Origin: an uncultured Bacilli bacterium
GTDB taxonomy: Bacteria > Bacillota_I > Bacilli_A > RF39 > UBA660
Length of the DNA stretch: 64,000 nt
Direction: 5' to 3'
Assembly (NCBI GenBank): GCA_934162125.1
Contig: CAKPHU010000001.1
Location: 121,352 to 185,351, forward strand
Part shown: in pieces, positions 1 to 9,473 of the stretch
How positions within the stretch are numbered: position 1 is the stretch's first letter
Layout: each line of letters begins with the position of its first letter
Program-made: the position numbers and the translations under genes
The notes under the pieces: model-generated
The model's database searches: none
What the model was told of the DNA's origin: nothing
Seen by the model: the letters and a program-made list of their open reading frames with translations, nothing else

Positions 1-731
1 ATATATGATGAGCCACCAGCTCCAGCGTTAGTATCATTTCCGGCTCCACCACCATATAGACCACTACCGCCTCCAGCGATACCTGATCCACCTTTAGAAG
101 AGTTACCTACTCCAACAGGAGATATTCCAGGAATATGTTGTGTTCCACCAGTAATTAAAGGACTAGTGTTGCCACCTTTAATACCACCAGCAGGGGCACC
201 ATCTTCTTTAGCATTTGCTCCACCACCTCCGGCGGCAATCATAATATTGGTACCATTAATTTGCATTGTAGTAGCTCCACCACCACCAGCACCTTTACCG
301 GCAGTACCAGCTCCACCAGTGTTAGCTTTAACGTAGGCCTCACCAGACATACTACCACCAGCACGACCAACATAGAATGTTACATAAGTATTTTCAGCTA
401 AATATACAAGTCCAGAAGTATAACCTCCATAACCACCATGATAACTACCAAAGTCACCACCTGATGCTCCCCATAATTGGATATAGTACCAACCTGCTTG
501 ACCATATGGAACAATATAGACTTGTTCATCTTGATTATTATCATAGACTAAATCAGTTTTAGTTTCACTATAACGATCTAGTTCATCTTCAATAGTATCA
601 ATTAAATTCTTACTATTACGTCTTGAAGCAGCCATTAGACTCATTAATAAAATTACTATTAAAAAGATCATAATAACTAAAGTATATAAGACAGTAGATA
701 TTACAAAACCCCTATTATTCATTTTCTTCAT
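1..731 (-). CDS. Partial CDS running off the window start. The N-terminus is basic followed by a long hydrophobic segment (MKKMNNRGFVISTVLYTLVIMIFLIV...) resembling a class-III/pseudopilin-like signal anchor without the Glu at +5. The rest is a glycine-rich low-complexity domain (GGAG/GGGG repeats).
   Basis: I translated the reverse strand by hand: ATG at complement(729..731), open frame to position 1, no stop. Gly-rich repeats are seen directly. The pilin-like reading is inference from the K/R-G-F motif followed by a hydrophobic stretch. Confidence 0.5.
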   Translation of the reverse strand, partial: MKKMNNRGFVISTVLYTLVIMIFLIVILLMSLMAASRRNSKNLIDTIEDELDRYSETKTDLVYDNNQDEQVYIVPYGQAGWYYIQLWGASGGDFGSYHGGYGGYTSGLVYLAENTYVTFYVGRAGGSMSGEAYVKANTGGAGTAGKGAGGGGATTMQINGTNIMIAAGGGGANAKEDGAPAGGIKGGNTSPLITGGTQHIPGISPVGVGNSSKGGSGIAGGGSGLYGGGAGNDTNAGAGGSSY

Positions 732-775
732 CGTATTCACCAACTTATTCTATTATATATTTTATTTTAGCACAT

Positions 776-1315
776 TTATTTTAAGATAACTACCCATTTA
801 TCACCATATTTTTTTTCTTTAACACTTTTATATCTTGAAGGATAGATAATTCTGTCAAAGCTGTTGCTTTCGCAAATGATTAGGCCATCTTCATTTAAAA
901 GATTGTAGGTAGCTATTAGTTCAAGGCTTTTTTCAATGTAGTTAGTTTCATATGGAGGATCAAGAAAGATTAAATCAAACTTTAAATTGTTATTAGAAAA
1001 AGATTCTAAGGCTTTTTGATAGTCACTATTAAGGACTTTGGCATTAGAAATATTTAAGTCTTTGATATTGTCATTTATAGTTTTAACAGCTTTGGGATTT
1101 TTATCGACTAAATAGGCATATGAGGCACCATTACTTAGAGCTTCTATTCCTAAGTTACCACTACCAGAGAATAAATCTAGGATAAGACTATTACTGATAT
1201 TATTTTGAATCATGGCAAAAAGACTTTCTTTAACACGATCCATAGTTGGACGAGTTCCATCTAAAGTATAGCCTTTAAGAGTTCGTCCTTTATAGAGTCC
1301 ACTAATTATTTTCAT
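776..1315 (-). CDS. rsmD: 16S rRNA (guanine966-N2)-methyltransferase RsmD
   Basis: About 180 aa with a DPPY methyltransferase motif (LDPPYE) and an N-terminus typical of RsmD (IISGLYKGRTL). Its ATG overlaps the upstream gene's stop as ATGA. Confidence 0.8.
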   Translation of the reverse strand: MKIISGLYKGRTLKGYTLDGTRPTMDRVKESLFAMIQNNISNSLILDLFSGSGNLGIEALSNGASYAYLVDKNPKAVKTINDNIKDLNISNAKVLNSDYQKALESFSNNNLKFDLIFLDPPYETNYIEKSLELIATYNLLNEDGLIICESNSFDRIIYPSRYKSVKEKKYGDKWVVILK

Positions 1316-1596
1316 ATACGACACTTACCTTTACTATTGATCTTTTTTAGAGAATTATTTATTTCTAAAATTAAAATATTAATATCTGTTTCTTTTTCTT
1401 TAAATCTTTTGTAGAGAGGATCATTATATATTTCCTCTTTTAAACTTTCCTTTCGATTATATTTATACTTTTCAATAAGAGATAAGAGTTCCTTATCTTC
1501 CCCTATTTTTTCTTTTAATTCTTTAATTTCTTTGACATCAGCATTTTCATCTAGACTTTTTTTAAGTTCTAGGACTTTTTCTATTAATTCTTCCAT
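1312..1596 (-). CDS. YlbF/YmcA/YheA (UPF0342) family protein, a Bacillus ylbF-like regulator
   Basis: 94-aa helical protein whose pattern matches the UPF0342 family. Its position immediately upstream of rsmD mirrors B. subtilis ylbF-ylbG-ylbH. Confidence 0.45.
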   Translation of the reverse strand: MEELIEKVLELKKSLDENADVKEIKELKEKIGEDKELLSLIEKYKYNRKESLKEEIYNDPLYKRFKEKETDINILILEINNSLKKINSKGKCRI

Positions 1597-1617
1597 GATT
1601 TTATTTTAACATATTTT

Positions 1618-1839
1618 CTATTTTAATACATCTAGAAAATTAGAAACAAGAGAGATACTTTGTGATATTTTAGCGAGTCTGTCTTCGGGAGTTAGTTTGT
1701 AGACTTTTTTCATAGTCTCTTCTATTTCTTTAAGACTGGAAGGATCTCTATTTAAATATTTATATAGATGAGAATTTTCTCTTAAATATTGATATAGATT
1801 GGGATTATTTTTAATGTAGTTAATTGTGTATAGATCCAT
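1618..1839 (-). CDS. YlbE-like small protein
   Basis: 73 aa; the pattern YI..NP.L..YLRE...LYKYL.R.P resembles YlbE-like proteins (PF14003). It sits between ylbD-like and ylbF-like genes, as in Bacillus. Confidence 0.4.
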   Translation of the reverse strand: MDLYTINYIKNNPNLYQYLRENSHLYKYLNRDPSSLKEIEETMKKVYKLTPEDRLAKISQSISLVSNFLDVLK

Positions 1840-1841
1840 TA

Positions 1842-2204
1842 TTAATCCTCAAATGATTTATAGATAGGACGTGGTTCATAAGTTTCTGTTGGAGTACTTC
1901 TAGTGCCTAGTCCAATGTCTTGAAGGAGACCAATTGTTTTTTGAAGATTATTTACTCCTTGTTGAACAGAGTCTAAATCAATATTTTTGATAGTGTTATA
2001 GAGATCTTTAAAAGAAGAAAGAGAGGTAGCTTGAGAAGTTACAGCAGGAAGATTTTTTTCTAAATAGTTATTCCAGATAGTACTTTCAGCACCATATATT
2101 TCATAAAGTTCATAGAGTTTTTGCCAACTAACATTATCTTTTAAGACATTTTCCGCTAATTCAGGATGGCTTTTCGCAAATAATTTAAAACTTTCTTTAG
2201 ACAT
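1842..2204 (-). CDS. YlbD-like protein (putative spore-coat-associated family)
   Basis: 120 aa; the N-terminal FKLFAKSHPELAENV...W.K.YE and the central NLQKTIGLLQ pattern match the YlbD family. Synteny with ylbE/ylbF/rsmD supports this. Confidence 0.45.
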   Translation of the reverse strand: MSKESFKLFAKSHPELAENVLKDNVSWQKLYELYEIYGAESTIWNNYLEKNLPAVTSQATSLSSFKDLYNTIKNIDLDSVQQGVNNLQKTIGLLQDIGLGTRSTPTETYEPRPIYKSFED

Positions 2205-2273
2205 TTTATCACCAGTATATTTTATGTTTTTTAAAGAAAAAAAGAAGCAATTAGTTGGTTGCTTCTTAAAAAA

Positions 2274-4853
2274 TTATTTTAGAAAATCATCAATTGTCAT
2301 TAATCTATCGTCTATTTCTTTTAGAGAAATACGTTCTTTTTTAGGAAGAGGTTCTTCTTTTTTCTCTTCTTTTATTTCTTCGACTTCCACTTCTACTGGT
2401 TCAAGTAGTTCAACTTGTTCCTTAGTTCCTTTTTCTAAGTTAGCAACTAGGAAGGCGTCAGTTAATTGATGTTTAGTTAATTCTTTACCAGTTGAGTAAC
2501 GATCACTAATTGGCAATTCACTGGCTTTAATGAAGTTGATGTCAGCATTCTTGATACCTAGTTCAGAACGAGATCCAACGATAAATGTTTTTAATATTTT
2601 ATATGGATTAGTTTTAACTTCACGAATTATTTGAAGTCCACGACGAGTACGATTTGAGATTTCTAATTCATTTAAACGAATTCTCTTACCAGTACCTTTA
2701 GTAGTTAGAATAGCAACAAACTCATCTTGAGTTGGATCAAAGCAATTAGTAGATATTAGATGATCATCTTTTAATTTAATAGCTTTAACACCAGAAGCTT
2801 TAACACCTACTAGTGGAACATCGCTGGTTTTAAAACATAGACCATAGCCTGAATCTGTTGCTAAGAAAAGCGTATTTGCAGTTTCGCGGAAGACAGAAAT
2901 TACTTCGTCATCTTCTTTTAATTTCATACAGCTTGTAGCTTTAGAATATCTTTGAAGTTTAAACTCTTGAAGTTTAGAACGTTTAATCATACCATCTTTT
3001 GTAGCAATAACGACATTGGCATTAGTACTAAAGTCATAGGCTGGAATTGAAGCAATGATACTTTCATCAGCACTCATTTCAATTAGGTTACTGACATGTT
3101 TTGGCATGTCTTTCCATTTAAGATCTGGAATGATATGAACTGGAATATGAAGATAATTTCCTTTAGTTGTGAATAATAACAAAGTGTCTGTGGTATTCAT
3201 AACATATAGTCCTAAAACATAATCATTTTCTTTGATTGTTAAATCATTTTCATTTGATGATGTATAACTTCTTAGAGAAGTACGTTTTAAGTAACCATCT
3301 TTTGTAACAACTACAACTACTTCTTCTTTTGGAATCATTAGTGAAGTGTCAATCTTAATTTCAGTTATTTCATCTTTTATTTCAGTTATACGTGGTGTCT
3401 TATATTCATCACGAACGTCACGTAAGTCTTTCTTCATAACATTTCTTAGAGCGTCTTCACTAGCTAGGATAGTAGATAAGCCATTAATTATTTTTTCTAG
3501 GTTAGCCATTTCAGCTTCTAGAGCAACAACGTCTGTATTAGTTAAACGATATAGCTGTAAAGTAACGATAGCTTCAGCTTGTTCTGGTGAGAATTCAAAT
3601 TCTTTAACTAAATTGTCTTTGGCATCGGCTTTATTCTTTGAGGCTCTAATTACTTTTATTACTTCATCTAGAATAGATAAGCACTTAATTAAACCTTCAA
3701 CAATATGGTATCTAGCTTTAGCATGAGCTAAATCAAACTCTGTACGACGTCTAACAACTTCTTTTTGATGGTTAATAAAAGCATCAAGTGCTCCTTCTAA
3801 TCCTAGAAGTTTTGGTCTTCTATTAACGATAGAAACCATATTGAAATTGTAACTGATTTGCATATCAGTGTTTTTTAGTAAGTAATTGACAATTAAATCT
3901 TTATTAGCAGATTTTTTAATATCAATGACAATTCTAACATCAGCAGCTGATTCATCACGTACTTCAAGAATGCCATCTACTTTTTTATCAATACGAATGT
4001 CATCTATTTTTTTAACTAGTTGAGATTTATTTGTTTCAAAAGGAATCTCAGTAATGACTAATGAACATTTTGTTTTATCTTCTTCAAAAGTATATTTACT
4101 ACGAATATTTATCTTGCCACGACCAGTTTTATATGCTTCTTTAATACCTTCAATTCCTTCAACAATGGCTCCAGTTGGGAAGTCTGGTCCTTTGACAATA
4201 GCTATTAGAGAATCTAGAGTACAGTTAGGATGATCAATTCGATGAATTGTGGCATCAATTACTTCAGTTAAATTATGTGGTGGAATATTAGTAGCATATC
4301 CAGCGGAAATACCTTGAGCACCATAAACTAGAAGAGCTGGGAAACGAGCTGGTAAGACAGTTGGCTCTACTGTGGTGTCATCAAAGTTAGGAGCAAATTC
4401 AATAGTGTCTTTATCGATATCACGAAGCATTTCATTACTAATTTTAGAAAGACGAGCTTCAGTGTAACGATAGGCAGCTGGAGAGTCTCCATCGATAGAA
4501 CCGTTATTACCATGCATATCAATATATGGTAGACGAGTTTTCCAAGGTTGACTCATACGAACCATAGCATCATAGATTGAACTATCACCATGTGGATGGT
4601 AATTTCCGATAACGTCTCCTACTGTTTTGGCACTCTTACGATAACCTTTATCATAAGTGTTTTTTTCTTTGTACATAGAGTATAGGATACGTCTTTGAAC
4701 TGGCTTTAGACCATCTCTTGCATCGGGAATAGCACGATCTTGGATGATATACTTAGAATAACTTCCAAATCTTTCACCCATGATGTCTTCTAGGGTATAA
4801 TCAAATATTTTTTCGATTATTTCTTTTGTCTCTGAATTATCTTTTTTTGGCAT
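2274..4853 (-). CDS. parC: DNA topoisomerase IV subunit A (type IIA topoisomerase A subunit, ParC-type)
   Basis: 859 aa with a GyrA/ParC N-terminal breakage-reunion domain (RDGLKPVQRRILY, catalytic Tyr region AAYRYTEARL). The C-terminal region lacks a GyrA box (QRRGGKG) and resembles ParC (VVVTKDGYLKRTSLRSY, FSDRYSTG). It is paired with a B subunit rather than sitting at dnaA-dnaN-gyrB. Confidence 0.75.
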   Translation of the reverse strand: MPKKDNSETKEIIEKIFDYTLEDIMGERFGSYSKYIIQDRAIPDARDGLKPVQRRILYSMYKEKNTYDKGYRKSAKTVGDVIGNYHPHGDSSIYDAMVRMSQPWKTRLPYIDMHGNNGSIDGDSPAAYRYTEARLSKISNEMLRDIDKDTIEFAPNFDDTTVEPTVLPARFPALLVYGAQGISAGYATNIPPHNLTEVIDATIHRIDHPNCTLDSLIAIVKGPDFPTGAIVEGIEGIKEAYKTGRGKINIRSKYTFEEDKTKCSLVITEIPFETNKSQLVKKIDDIRIDKKVDGILEVRDESAADVRIVIDIKKSANKDLIVNYLLKNTDMQISYNFNMVSIVNRRPKLLGLEGALDAFINHQKEVVRRRTEFDLAHAKARYHIVEGLIKCLSILDEVIKVIRASKNKADAKDNLVKEFEFSPEQAEAIVTLQLYRLTNTDVVALEAEMANLEKIINGLSTILASEDALRNVMKKDLRDVRDEYKTPRITEIKDEITEIKIDTSLMIPKEEVVVVVTKDGYLKRTSLRSYTSSNENDLTIKENDYVLGLYVMNTTDTLLLFTTKGNYLHIPVHIIPDLKWKDMPKHVSNLIEMSADESIIASIPAYDFSTNANVVIATKDGMIKRSKLQEFKLQRYSKATSCMKLKEDDEVISVFRETANTLFLATDSGYGLCFKTSDVPLVGVKASGVKAIKLKDDHLISTNCFDPTQDEFVAILTTKGTGKRIRLNELEISNRTRRGLQIIREVKTNPYKILKTFIVGSRSELGIKNADINFIKASELPISDRYSTGKELTKHQLTDAFLVANLEKGTKEQVELLEPVEVEVEEIKEEKKEEPLPKKERISLKEIDDRLMTIDDFLK

Positions 4854-4869
4854 ATTTTCACCTATTTCT

Positions 4870-6774
4870 TTATTTTATCTTATAATCATCCTCTAGAGAG
4901 AATTCAACATTTTCATCAATCCATTCTTTACGTGGAGTAACATCGTCTCCCATAAGAACAGATACTCTTTTTTCAGCAAGTTGAGCATCTTCAATATTAA
5001 CACGAATTAAAGTTCTGCTTCCTGGTTTCATAGTTGTTTCACATAATTGATCGGCGTTCATTTCACCAAGACCTTTATATCTTTGAATTTCACATTTTTT
5101 GCCTTTACTTTTAGCTTGCATTTCCTCAATGGTATAAGCGTATTCAATGTCTTTACCACTTTGAATTTTAAATAAGGGAGGTAGAGCAACAAATAGACGA
5201 CCATCTTCTATTAAAGGTTTCATATAGCGATAGAAGAATGTTAAAAGTAGGCATTGAATGTGACCTCCATCTTCATCGGCATCGCTCATGATTATTACTT
5301 TAGAATATTCACAATCTTTAATATCGAAATTAGAACCATAACCTGCTCCAATAGTATAAATCATAGTATTTATTTCTTCATTACGAAGGATTTCGTCTTC
5401 TTTAGTTTTCTCAGTATTTAAAACTTTACCACGAAGAGGAAGGATGGCTTGGTAACGGCGGTCACGGCCTTGTTTTGCAGAACCACCAGCTGAATCTCCT
5501 TCGACTAAGAATAATTCTTTTTTAGTCTTGTCTTTGCTTTGAGCTGGGGCAAGTTTACCAGATAGAGAACGTTCTTTACTATTTTTCTTAGTTCCTTTAC
5601 GAGCTTCTTCACGAGCTTTTCTAGCAGCTTCACGAGCTATTTTACTACGAAGACTCTTGTTAATTATTTCTGTAGCAATTGTTTTATTTTCTTCTAGGAA
5701 AATTCTAATTTGTTCACTAACGATATTTTCAACGGCTGTTTTAGCTTGAGGAGTACCTAATTTTCCTTTTGTTTGTCCTTCAAATTGAAGAATGCCTTCA
5801 GGAATTTTTAAACTGATGATAGCAGTTAGACCTTCTCTTACATCGCTACCTTCTAGAGCCTTATCTTTTCCTTTAATAAAGCCATTGTTTTTAGCATAAT
5901 CATTAAAGACTTTGGTTAAAGCTGATTTGAAACCAACTTCATGAGAACCACCATCAATGGTTTTAACATTATTTACGAAACTAACAATTTCTTCATTGTA
6001 AGAGTCTGTGTATTGCATAGCAATTTCAACATCTATTTTTTCTTTAGTACCAGAAAAGTAAAGAACTTTATGAAGGGCATTTTTTCCTTTATTTAATTCT
6101 TCAACAAATTCTTCAATTCCACGTTCATAATGGAATTTTGCACTACGTTCATCTTCTTCATCAATTACTTCGATAGTAATACCTTTAAGAAGGAAAGCAG
6201 ATTCTTCCATTCTTTCACAGATTGTTGTATACGAAAAGTTAGTAGTAGTAAAAATTTCTGGATCAGGCAAGAATCTAACTGTTGTTCCTGTTTTATTAGT
6301 AGTTCCAATTTCTTTTAGAGGAACGGCAACATGGCCACCATTTTCAAAACGAATATAATACTCTTTTTTATCTCTTTTAATATTTACTTCCATCCATTTT
6401 GATAAAGCATTTACGACACTACTACCTACACCATGTAGTCCTCCTGATACTTTGTAGCCTTCACTTTCAAATTTACCTCCAGCATGTAATACTGTATAAA
6501 TAACTTCAGGAGTTGATTTACCAGAAGCATGCATTCCAGTTGGAAGTCCACGTCCATGATCTTCTACACTGACTGATTTATCTTTATGAATGACAATTTT
6601 TATATAGTCACCAAAACCATTAATTGCTTCATCGATAGAGTTGTCGACAATTTCCCAAACTAAGTGGTGTAATCCTCTTTTATCTGTTGATCCAATATAC
6701 ATACCTGGTCTTTTACGAACTGCGTCTAGACCTTCAAGGATCTTAATTGATGACTCATCATATTTTAATGCCAT
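4870..6774 (-). CDS. parE: DNA topoisomerase IV subunit B (GyrB/ParE family ATPase subunit)
   Basis: GHKL ATPase and TOPRIM motifs (ILEGLDAVRKRPGMYIG, LFLVEGDSAGGSAKQGRDR). I chose the start at the second Met (MALKYDE), which is preceded by GGAGTGA. The first in-frame Met of the ORF track lacks an RBS. Confidence 0.75.
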   Translation of the reverse strand: MALKYDESSIKILEGLDAVRKRPGMYIGSTDKRGLHHLVWEIVDNSIDEAINGFGDYIKIVIHKDKSVSVEDHGRGLPTGMHASGKSTPEVIYTVLHAGGKFESEGYKVSGGLHGVGSSVVNALSKWMEVNIKRDKKEYYIRFENGGHVAVPLKEIGTTNKTGTTVRFLPDPEIFTTTNFSYTTICERMEESAFLLKGITIEVIDEEDERSAKFHYERGIEEFVEELNKGKNALHKVLYFSGTKEKIDVEIAMQYTDSYNEEIVSFVNNVKTIDGGSHEVGFKSALTKVFNDYAKNNGFIKGKDKALEGSDVREGLTAIISLKIPEGILQFEGQTKGKLGTPQAKTAVENIVSEQIRIFLEENKTIATEIINKSLRSKIAREAARKAREEARKGTKKNSKERSLSGKLAPAQSKDKTKKELFLVEGDSAGGSAKQGRDRRYQAILPLRGKVLNTEKTKEDEILRNEEINTMIYTIGAGYGSNFDIKDCEYSKVIIMSDADEDGGHIQCLLLTFFYRYMKPLIEDGRLFVALPPLFKIQSGKDIEYAYTIEEMQAKSKGKKCEIQRYKGLGEMNADQLCETTMKPGSRTLIRVNIEDAQLAEKRVSVLMGDDVTPRKEWIDENVEFSLEDDYKIK

Positions 6775-6804
6775 TTTATCACTCCTATAATTCAACTATT
6801 TAAT

Positions 6805-6833
6805 ATTATAACGAATTTTTAATTTTTTTTCAA
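6805..6833 (-). promoter_or_regulatory. Sigma-A-type promoter for parE. On the minus strand: TTGAAA, 17 nt, TATAAT.
   Basis: Read directly: the -10 is complement(6805..6810) and the -35 is complement(6828..6833), about 30 nt upstream of the parE RBS. Confidence 0.45.
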
Positions 6834-6900
6834 TCTTCGTTTACTTTATTTTACAAGGAAAAAGGACTATTTGCTGACTTAAATCATCAGCGAAGAAAAA

Positions 6901-6931
6901 GAAGATATTTAATTTATAGAGAGATATCTTC
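6901..6931. terminator. Hairpin (GAAGATAT ... ATATCTTC, 8-bp stem) flanked by T-runs on both strands. A likely bidirectional or intrinsic terminator separating the recD2/small-ORF unit from the parE promoter.
   Basis: Inverted repeat seen directly. On the minus strand it is followed by TTTTTTCTTCG. Confidence 0.4.
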
Positions 6932-7061
6932 TTTTAAATATTATTTATAGTTTGACCTACTCTTGTTTCCTAATTTATTAGTTTATATGGAAAAAATAGA
7001 GATGTCAAGTCTAGGAAAAAAGCAAAGTACTAGGCAAAGAAAAAATTGACTGTTAAGTCAA

Positions 7062-7229
7062 TTATTCCATATCATCTAATTTATCATAAGTTTTTTTAGC
7101 AAGGGACTTTGCTTTTTCCTTCATATCATAGATCATTTCAGGATTTGTTTTCATGTAGCAACAAGCTGCTCCAATCATTATTCCAAGCATAAGCATAATT
7201 ATCTTGCCTTTACTACAACTGTTTTCCAT
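7062..7229 (-). CDS. Small 55-aa membrane protein (MENSCSKGKIIMLMLGIMIGAACCYMK...), absent from the ORF track because it is under 60 aa
   Basis: ATG preceded by GAGGTGA at 8 nt. It has a single hydrophobic helix. A hairpin (AATTGACT-gtta-AGTCAATT) follows its stop. Confidence 0.35.
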   Translation of the reverse strand: MENSCSKGKIIMLMLGIMIGAACCYMKTNPEMIYDMKEKAKSLAKKTYDKLDDME

Positions 7230-7266
7230 ATATATTTCACCTCATCTTTAGTATGGGTGAAATTCA

Positions 7267-9456
7267 CTATTTTATACCTGTTTCTAAAAATTCACGAATT
7301 GTTGTTCTTCTAATATCAGTCTTAGTATTATTTACAGCTAAGTTTAAAGCATTAGCTTCACCAATTAGATAAAGTTTTCTTTTAGCTCTAGTTATACCAG
7401 TATATATTAGTTTACGATATAGCATCTTATTAAAGTTATGAACTAGAGGTATAACAACAACTTCAAATTCACTACCTTGAGATTTATGAATAGAAATAGC
7501 ATAAGCAAGGCGGAAGTTATTAAAGTTAGAAGGTGTATATTTAACAACGTTGCCATCAAAATCAATGATGATTTCTTTCTTTGGTGAAGTCTTAATTTCT
7601 TTAATGATCCCAATATCACCATTATAAACATTTTCATCTGGCATATTTGTCAATTGAATTACTTTGTCTTCTTCCCTATAAATAAATTCACCTGCTATTA
7701 GTTCTTTTTTATTTTTTGATGGTGGATTAAATTTTCTTTGAAGAGCATTATTTATCTCATCAATTCCAGCAATTGTTTTATACATTGGGCATAATATTTG
7801 GAAATCTTTATAAGAGAGATCTCGATAAGTTTCAGCTATTTCAATAATGTTTGGAATGACATTTGAAACATCGCAATTTATGAATGTTAAGTCATCTCCA
7901 ATATTAAAGTTATCTTTATTAACTTCACCTCTTCTAATATCATAAGCAAGAGATAAAATGTGAGAATCTTTTCCTTGACGATATAGTTCAGTTAGCTCTA
8001 CTTTTTCTAGAGTATTACTCATAATAATGTCATAGAGAACTTGTCCTGGACCTACTGATGGCAATTGATGAAAGTCCCCTACTATAACTATTTTACAATT
8101 AGCAGAAATGCCTTTTAAAAGATTAGCCATTAGATAAGTATCAACCATACTAGCTTCATCTAGTATTACGAACTCAGCTTTACTTTTATTGTATTCATTG
8201 ACTTGGAAACGATTAGTTTCTTTTTGCCATTTTAGGAAACGATGGATAGTTGAAGCCCGAACTTGAGAAGTTTCACTCATTCTTTTGGCAGCACGACCAG
8301 TTGGGGCAAGAAGAACTACTTTTTCATTAAGAGACTCATAACTTAATTTATTCATAATACGATATAGTTCTACTATGCCACGCATGATAGTGGTTTTACC
8401 TGTTCCTGGTCCACCTGTAATAATTAGGAATTTACGTAAATAACTGTTTTTGATAGCTAGACGTTGTTCAGTATTATATTTAATGCCATAATGTTCTTCA
8501 AGTTCAGCAATACGTTCTTCAAGGCACTTTTCTTTTAATGGTTCTTCGTGGTTTAACATGCGGAAACGTTTAACGATTAAGGTTTCAGCTTCATACATTT
8601 CTTTTAGATAGTAGCAGTCTTCTTTAATGACAATTTCTAGGTTTTGATCTAGAGTCTGTAAAGCAGAATCTAATTTTTCAGAGGAGATGTTTACGCCTAA
8701 GACACGTGGTAAGTAGAAAGCTAGTTCATCTTTAAAATAATAACTATGACCATAAGTATTACTGATTTCATTCATAATATAAATTAGAGCTGCCCTAATA
8801 CGAATATCAGCATCTTTTGAAACATTGTTTCTTAAGGCTATATAGTCTACTTTTTTAAATGTTATATTGTAGATATCTCTAACTACTTGATAGATATCTT
8901 CAGTAATAATATCCTTAGTTTTATTTTTGTAGAAATTATATATTAACATGGCGTCTTTAGTAGAAAAGCCTAATTCAGTTAGATAAATAATTATCTCATA
9001 ACTTGCTTCATACTCAGCTAAAGTATCATGAAGAGTGTTGGCATTCTTCTTTGTTACACCAGGGATTAAGATAAGATTGGCAGGATTATCAAGAATTATT
9101 TTTAAGGTGTCTTTTCCTAATACATCAACAATGGCTTTAGCTTTTTTCTCACCTATTCCTTTAAATAAACCTGAAGTTAAAAATTCAATTATACCATCTC
9201 GTTCTTCTGGACGACATCTTTCATAACTTTCAACTTGAAATTGTTCACCATACTTTTCATGATTTATGAGATTACCATAAAAAAGATATGTATCCATATC
9301 ATTAAGTTCATGAAAGTAACCAGTAAAAGTAATAACTCGATCAATATAGGCTTCTAAGTCTTTGGTATCAGTATCAACTACTTTAAATAAACCAATGTGA
9401 TAGCCTGTTGGAGACTCATATATACTTTTACGATAATTTCCCTTAATGTATGTCAT
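7267..9456 (-). CDS. recD2: ATP-dependent RecD-like DNA helicase (RecD2/YrrC family)
   Basis: 729 aa with an N-terminal HhH region, Walker A (GGPGTGKTT) and SF1 helicase motifs (VILDEASMVD, QLPSVGPG) and a C-terminal RecD-like domain. Confidence 0.85.
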   Translation of the reverse strand: MTYIKGNYRKSIYESPTGYHIGLFKVVDTDTKDLEAYIDRVITFTGYFHELNDMDTYLFYGNLINHEKYGEQFQVESYERCRPEERDGIIEFLTSGLFKGIGEKKAKAIVDVLGKDTLKIILDNPANLILIPGVTKKNANTLHDTLAEYEASYEIIIYLTELGFSTKDAMLIYNFYKNKTKDIITEDIYQVVRDIYNITFKKVDYIALRNNVSKDADIRIRAALIYIMNEISNTYGHSYYFKDELAFYLPRVLGVNISSEKLDSALQTLDQNLEIVIKEDCYYLKEMYEAETLIVKRFRMLNHEEPLKEKCLEERIAELEEHYGIKYNTEQRLAIKNSYLRKFLIITGGPGTGKTTIMRGIVELYRIMNKLSYESLNEKVVLLAPTGRAAKRMSETSQVRASTIHRFLKWQKETNRFQVNEYNKSKAEFVILDEASMVDTYLMANLLKGISANCKIVIVGDFHQLPSVGPGQVLYDIIMSNTLEKVELTELYRQGKDSHILSLAYDIRRGEVNKDNFNIGDDLTFINCDVSNVIPNIIEIAETYRDLSYKDFQILCPMYKTIAGIDEINNALQRKFNPPSKNKKELIAGEFIYREEDKVIQLTNMPDENVYNGDIGIIKEIKTSPKKEIIIDFDGNVVKYTPSNFNNFRLAYAISIHKSQGSEFEVVVIPLVHNFNKMLYRKLIYTGITRAKRKLYLIGEANALNLAVNNTKTDIRRTTIREFLETGIK

Positions 9457-9473
9457 ATTTTTTTACTCCTTTA

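Noticed and set aside
3346-3726. Antisense and internal ORFs in the track (3346..3726, 6130..6318, 7443..7637, 9035..9226, 12884..13171, 14202..14756, 18088..18291, 30518..30856, 33220 region, 35075..35347, 48432..48683, 55357..55862, 59178..59405, 62185..62443, 63545..63772)
   Set aside because: All are embedded in or antisense to longer, well-supported CDS. They have low-complexity or biased composition typical of shadow ORFs, and none has a convincing RBS.
2274-6795. Considered calling the topoisomerase pair gyrB-gyrA
   Set aside because: The A subunit lacks a GyrA box (QRRGGKG) in its C-terminal domain and matches ParC-type C-terminal motifs. The pair is not adjacent to dnaA/dnaN/recF. 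I therefore called it parE-parC.
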